57,051 nt of DNA from Chromera velia (lineage: Eukaryota): NCBI GenBank assembly GCA_018398765.1, contig JAHBMJ010000104.1:1-57051 (forward strand). The letters are read 5' to 3'. The notes beneath the pieces are model-generated. The model was not told the DNA's origin. It saw only the letters and a list, made by a program, of their open reading frames with translations, and did not search any database. Below are positions 50,817 through 57,051 of this stretch, piece after piece. The position numbers and the translations under genes were made by a program. Numbering within the stretch: the first letter of the stretch is position 1; the number at the start of each line of letters is the position of its first letter.

Positions 50817-52700
50817 ATGCACGCCCTTATCTGCACTCGACTGCAACAGTGCTGGCAAGGAGACCTCACCACACTTCTCCAAGAATTCTGGGCCCATGCG
50901 GCGGACCTCCACAGAGCAGAACGGGACGCTTACACAGCCTCGAAGCCTCTCCGCTCCAAACTACCACCCCCTCAAGACCAAGTGCGCTACCAAAAAGTCC
51001 AGCGACTGCTTGAAACCAGTCATATCGGTCGTGCCTGTGACGCCCTCATACAAATGACCCCCGCTCCGGCTAACCTTCACACCCTTGATAAGCTCAACGC
51101 TCTCTTCCCCCCACCCCTAGACCCGCTCTGCCCCCTACCTCCAGACCCCAAAAACCGCATCCCATGGGCCGAACAAGCTGTTCCTAATGAGGAAGATATC
51201 CGTAGCGCTATACGCCACACCGCGAAGGAGACCACCCCAGGACACACTGGAAGACGCATCAAACGCTTCCAGGATTTGGCCCAACATCATTACGTCTACC
51301 TCCTTCTCCCATTGTTCACCGACATTGCACTGAACACCTGCCCGGAGGACCTTCTTGACATCCTCTGCCTTGCAATCTTCGCGGCACTCCTCAAACCTCG
51401 AGGCGGCATCCGTCCAGTAGGCGTAGGAGATACACACCGCACCCTTTTTGGCAAAGCACAGCTGATTCGATGGGGGACCACCAATGTGTGCAAAGCGGTA
51501 GGACCCCTCCAGTTCAGTATGTGGCCCTCAGGTGTGGAAAACTACGTCCACACCATTCGGTTCGCCTACGAGCGCCTCCTCCAAAAAGCCATCACCCGTC
51601 TCGATAAACTCTACCCGGGGGCTACAGAGTACACCCTCGAGATGCTTAGCAAGGCAGACTTCCCCTTTGTCCTTCTCACGGATGCGCGAAACTTTTTCCA
51701 CTGTGTACTTCCCCGCATAGCACTGGAAGCCATGATCCAACGTGCACCCGGGGTGGCTGGAGGGTATTATGCCCTTTACCAACATCGCCCACTCCTCTTC
51801 TACAAACACCCCCCCAATGCCATCATATCTAGCACGTGGACACCTTTCCAGCTAGACTAAGGAGGACTACAGGGATACTCATATAGTGCCCTATCTTGCC
51901 ACTGCTCCACTGTAGAGCCCCTGCTGCAACTGCAAGACAGACTTGATCAGATTGACTCCACTCTCTCCTCCATTGCTAAAGCGGATACGGATGAGCTCAC
52001 AGCAGTATCAACCTTCTCACACCGCTCCGAAGTTCTTACCGCCACCAATGAAGCTTCGACCACCCCCATCGGTGATCAGCAAGCCTTAGTCCCATACAAG
52101 TGCGGCTTCTACCTCTCAGAAGCAGTGAAACTCACCCCAACTGAAAAGGAGAAACTCCTAGCGGAGCTTAAACTACATCATCCCAACCCTATCCTCTTGA
52201 CCGAAGGATTCCAGCTAGCAGGAGCCCCGGGACATGGAACCCTCCAATATCAAATGAACTTCGTCCGGAAGAAAGTGGACAAAATTGATAAGTTATGGCA
52301 GGAAATCGATCGCTTTGTACAGGACAATCCGGACAGAGCTCACCTTGCATTCACATTGGCACGTACATGCATCCCTCTACGAATAACCTGGCTTGCAAGG
52401 CTAGTCCCCCTCACCCACCCAGACCTGACTGAACAGTTTGAGCGGGCTCATAAGCTCAATGTCCACTACTACCAGAGGCTCATACACCTCAAAACCCCCT
52501 CCTCCCATTTTAAACAACTTAAATGGGTGTTCAGTGCCCAACTCGCACTCCCGATCCAACTAGGAGGTATTGGCATGACGAACCCCAAGCACATCGCTAG
52601 AGGAGCCTTTGTAGCCTCGATCACCCATTTTATCCCGGACATCAGCCAACGACTGAACCAACGATATGCACGCAGCTTTTTCCGAGCTAAAGAAGACCTT
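50817..52700 (+). pseudogene. Reverse transcriptase region of the retroelement
   Basis: CRE-type RT motifs as above, with an in-frame TAA at 51858. The YxDD position reads A-D-T-D-E-L (51981-98). Confidence 0.88.
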
Positions 52701-53454
52701 TTTCGCACCCCCACAATGCAGGTAGCTGCAACTCAGTTCAAACAGCTCCTCCGAGATCACCAATGGACCCTCCGGGGACCAACGACTCAAAGACGACACG
52801 CCAGCTGATATCCGCACACGCATTGCCTCTGTCAGCACCACTACTACCCACTTTCTCCCGCAGGCCATGTGCCCTCCTCCACCCTCTCTCAACCAACCAG
52901 AAGCAGCGGCCTCCTCCTCGAGCGACCCATCACTACTGAGCGAACCATCGCCTCCCTCTATTCAAGAACTCCTCAAGCAGGACGAAGAAGGCATAGAGGA
53001 AGAGGAAGATGAAGATCGCGCTGTCTCTCGTCTTTTGGAGGCACAGCATCAAGCTCTCTCCGACTCTGCCCCACACACCGACTCCGCCCCTACTGCCCCT
53101 AAAACCAAAACCAACCCTCCCCCGGGTCTTCGAGAAGTCCCCACACCATACACATGGAGGCAAGATTTGATGAAGCTCCTCCTAAGCCTCGAACCTCACC
53201 TCCAACCCATTGAGGACTTCTTCCCTACCCCAGAAAAAGACTTCCAAATATGGCTTCCTAACCGTAAACACAGACTCCAACCTCGAGAACCCCCCTAGGT
53301 CCTCGGCATTCACCTCAACAAAGGAGCGGTTGACGATATGGGCACACAGAGTCAAGACAACATCCCACGAGCATACACAGGACCCCGCTTCCTCCCTCAC
53401 CCCCCCCAATCATCCTCTGCAGATCACCCCAACGGGACTCCTGCACTATGATAA

Positions 53455-53935
53455 TCAACGGTGTTCGTAGAAGCAAAATGCGTATTCAAGACGGGTAGTA
53501 CAGAGCGACCGCGGGCGGCCATCGCACTCCACTGGGGCAAAGGCCACGCCCTCAACACGTCCTTCACCCTCCTTGGCAGTGCCAAAAACACGGTGTTCTA
53601 TGAAAGAGCACTCACTTTTGGAGCCATCTGGGCGATCTATCAACACCACAGCGCACACCTCCTCACATCACTCGAAATCATCATAAATCACCCCCTCCTC
53701 ATCACCCTCCATGACACCGACGGACCGCGCTGGGACCGGGACGGATGGAAGAACCGCTCTCAACAGGCGCTCTCGAATACGGACCTCCTCAGGCACCTCT
53801 ACCGCCTCCTTACCTACCTCTGTGACCATAGTCCTACCCCAGTTACCATCTCCACTATCCAACACAGCACTCATACTTACTGAACTGCAGATTGGGCAGA
53901 AGGTCGTGCACTTGCCAAAAAAGCAGTTAAACAAC
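53455..53935 (+). pseudogene. Second, catalytically degenerate RNase H-like domain between RT and RLE
   Basis: Colinear with the first RNase H: TVFVEA, AAIALHWGKG..NTS, ERAL..AI.AI.Q, LEIIINH, W.RDGWKNRSQQALSNTDLLRHL, ALAKKA. The catalytic DEDD set is not retained. Confidence 0.7.
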
Positions 53936-54889
53936 AGCTTGAAATGATATACACCCTCCTCCCGAACACCAAAGAACCCCTCAAGTTTCTTAAAGACACG
54001 TTCCCAGTCTCCATCCTCCCGAAAAACCCCCCCCGAAGACACCTCCCCAATCTGAGCGAGGTGACCGACACCCCCACCTGGACACTGGAGGGTAAACTCC
54101 AACAAACGTTCACTCGCTGGACCCATGCGTTCTACTACTTCAACACTCTGGAACGCCTCCAGTGCACGGGCATGGTTGGCACCCCCCTGTGGAGAGAGGC
54201 ACAGCGCATGGCAACAAGACTCCTTGCCCTAGCATCCAAAGGAGCAAACGCACACATCGCGGCCCTCCCCCTGAACCAGTACAAACTCACCAGATGGGCC
54301 CAGTCTGTTCAGTGGGAAATTGTTCACCGCTGGGTGATGGGTCTACCGCTGTCACGTGTTAAGGTGCTCGGAGACGCCGCAGACCCGAAACACACTTGTC
54401 CCGCCCATAAGGAGGCTGAACCCACAGCTGACGAGATAGCCGAAAAAGAACAGCTGCTCACCCACCTAGGTTCCTTGATCCCACCAAATAAGGCAGGAGC
54501 CTGCATCCCACCAGAAGATGCCAATCGCCTTCGGGAAATAGTACATGATCTCCGTCTACAAGAAGATATACAAGACCACACAGACAACTCCACATCACCG
54601 CCACAAGACAACACAGAACAGAGACGGACATCCCGTCAACCCACGGACCCCACAGCTAAACGCAGAGGGCGTCCCAAGAAAGAACCACCCCCCCCCTCTA
54701 TGCAGGCACCCCCACCCCCACCCACAGCCGCGACGGATACCTCAGCCCCCTCAGCTCACCCGACGTCAAAGAACCCCCAGCCCACTGTGTCATCCTCCGC
54801 TGCCAGAGCTACAGAACTGACACAACTGGGACCACTCCCCAAGGACACAACCACATAGACACCCCTCCACGCATGTCCACAACCCCCAC

Positions 54890-55600
54890 CTATTCAGCTT
54901 CTAGGGAAGCCATGCAAGCGTTTCCTGGACCCCTACGGGCACCATCTTGAGGCTTGCATAGTTGGCCCTGAGCGCACGTGGAGACACGACGTCACTCTAC
55001 TCCCCTTCCTCACCAACGCACGGGATGCGGAACTCGTGGCTAGAAAAGAATTCCTCCTCCACATTCTAGGTGCTCACACTGCCCCCCAGAAAGCATGGAT
55101 GAACCTCGTCATCCATCTTGAAAATAACCGAACGGTTCTCTTAGACGTCACTATTGTAACCCCCTTTCTTCCCAGTCAATCAGATCGCACCCTAGCCCAA
55201 ATGGCAAACGAGCGGGGCATGCAAACGGAAGCAGGAGCCACACTCAAACATATCAAATATGACAAACACTTTCATCATATCATAGCCATTCACAACTATA
55301 CACTCCTCCCCCTGGCGGCAGACAGTTTTGGTACCTGGTGCCAGGAAGCGATAGACTGGATCACCAAACAATCATCGCTAACCACCCCTAGAAATACCAC
55401 TCCAGCACTCATGCTTCATGACCAGGCCCGCACAAGCCGACTCACCAGAACAGAGCGGGCGCTGGCTGCACGTGTCCGCAAACAGAAACTCCTCCAGGAT
55501 CTCTCAGTCACCATTCACTACTCAACCGCACAAGCCATCCTTCGATGCCAGCTGCGACTTGCCACACAGCTTTTTGGATCTGGCACGGCAACCCAACAAC
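54890..55600 (+). pseudogene. Zinc knuckle plus restriction-like endonuclease domain of the retroelement
   Basis: C..DPYGHH..C, WRHD, WMNLVI (Asn at the expected PD Asp), LLDVTIV, K..KY and LPLAADSFG. Confidence 0.85.
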
Positions 55601-57051
55601 TCCATGCTGCGGCCTGGAAACCTAACTATGCAGACTCTATCACTATGAACCGCGCCCTCAGAGATACCGCCCTGGAAATGATTGAAGAGCTTCTGTAGAA
55701 GGCTACCGTCAAGAAAGAACTAAAGGCAGGGGTCCCGCACAGAGGACTTCTCATCGAAGTCAAACAGTCGAACAACCCTGACCCGGAACAAATTCTTTCC
55801 ACACTGTCGGGCATCGGAGACCTCCAAGAACAAACGGAAGCCCTGGAGGGATGGGAGGGCTCTCAAGTGATCCCACCACAGTGCAGGGATACAGAACCCC
55901 TGGACCTTAAGCTATGATGTCTGCCTCTACACCTTGACAACTCTCTATCACTCCTTAACGAACCGCTAGCACCCCTTTTTCATACATGCTCCCACATGGC
56001 GACCTCGCGCGCGCGCCCTCTCACCCTCACACGGCTCCCCCCCCGCTGCTTGAACCCCCCGGGCCGACCGCGGATAAAATTTCAAAATCCGACCTGCACC
56101 ACCGACCCTCCCAGCCGAACATGGCTCATCCCCCCACCATCTCCAGTTCTTTAGCACCCATCCTCCTACATCACACTCTGTCCGAATAAGTGAATGTACG
56201 GAGCAAATCGATATACGGTAGTGCATGCTCGCCAATCGCGCGACAGCTGTGTTATTTTTTGCACCTCGAACTTCTTTCACCAGCAAGCACAAGTGAGGAC
56301 TTCATATTGTAGACTCTCTTCTCCCCACCTCACACAAGTCCAAAGACTCTCAGTATCTAATCAACGCGACTGAGAGAGGAGACTCTGCCCTGATTACCCT
56401 GCCTCTGTACTTCCGGGCGAGAAAACGCCTCACTCTACAAGCACTTCCCACCTACTTGCGGGCACTCATACCTGACCGCTGCAGGGAGAACAAACAGATT
56501 TGAAAGAAAGCAATAGACTCGACCACAGGCCAGCTGGCCACGAACAGATAGGCAGTAACCACTTAGCGTTCCTCGTCTTACCTCACTTTACCTGAATAGC
56601 CCTTCTCTAGAAATCTAACTAGGAGAGCTTATCAATGTATGAAGAGAAAGATGGAGCCGTGGTATGGTTCCAGTCGTGGGAATTATAGCCAAAAAGCAGG
56701 AGGGCCACCTCAGAATTTTTGCTGGATTCTTGTCGAAAGTCACCACAACTTATATGCATCGTGTATTTCCCTCTTATTTCGAATCCCAAGTAAAGCGTTC
56801 TGCCTTACTACCTGTTTTTTCTTCTCTTGCGTTCCCTGCATATGTTGTACACTGATATTTAGCTGTACTAAATCACCTCAATCCTGAAGGAGCCTACCAC
56901 CTGAGGAAGCTACAACTTCACAGCCGGATCAACTTTACAACGAGCAGCCCAGTGTAGCAACAAACTCCACCTACCAGCACCAACTATGCAGCTGCCCCCC
57001 CCCTCCCCCCATATACCCCTCAAGCCCCCCTGGTCCGGGACCCCCCCCCCC

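Overview
Eukaryotic genomic DNA. It is dense in spliceosomal introns and microsatellites, has AT-rich spacers and TGCATGCA motifs, and encodes a probably plastid-targeted DUF1499 protein. This fits a photosynthetic alveolate such as a chromerid (inference). Host genes read by hand: (1) a 14-exon minus-strand gene for a probable GPI-anchored surface protein (4560-11661); (2) a divergent ~37-exon gene for a ~1560-aa secreted Cys-rich protein whose 3' half is a chain of more than 20 micro-exons of 6-48 nt, nearly all phase 0 (12700-31408); (3) an intronless MYND-finger gene with two nonsense codons; (4) an intronless EEP-family gene; (5) a 6-exon DUF1499 gene. Mobile and repetitive DNA: two related 35/38-bp satellites, a hAT-type MITE with a 109-bp MITE nested inside it, a 5'-truncated CRE-type retrotransposon, and a ~8-kb decayed CRE-like non-LTR retrotransposon. 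The last has an unusual order: an RNase H1 with intact catalytic residues upstream of the RT, a second, apparently dead RNase H-like domain after the RT, two AT-hooks and a restriction-like endonuclease. That retroelement and the micro-exon gene are the strongest candidates for something new. All gene models are manual and untested against transcripts.
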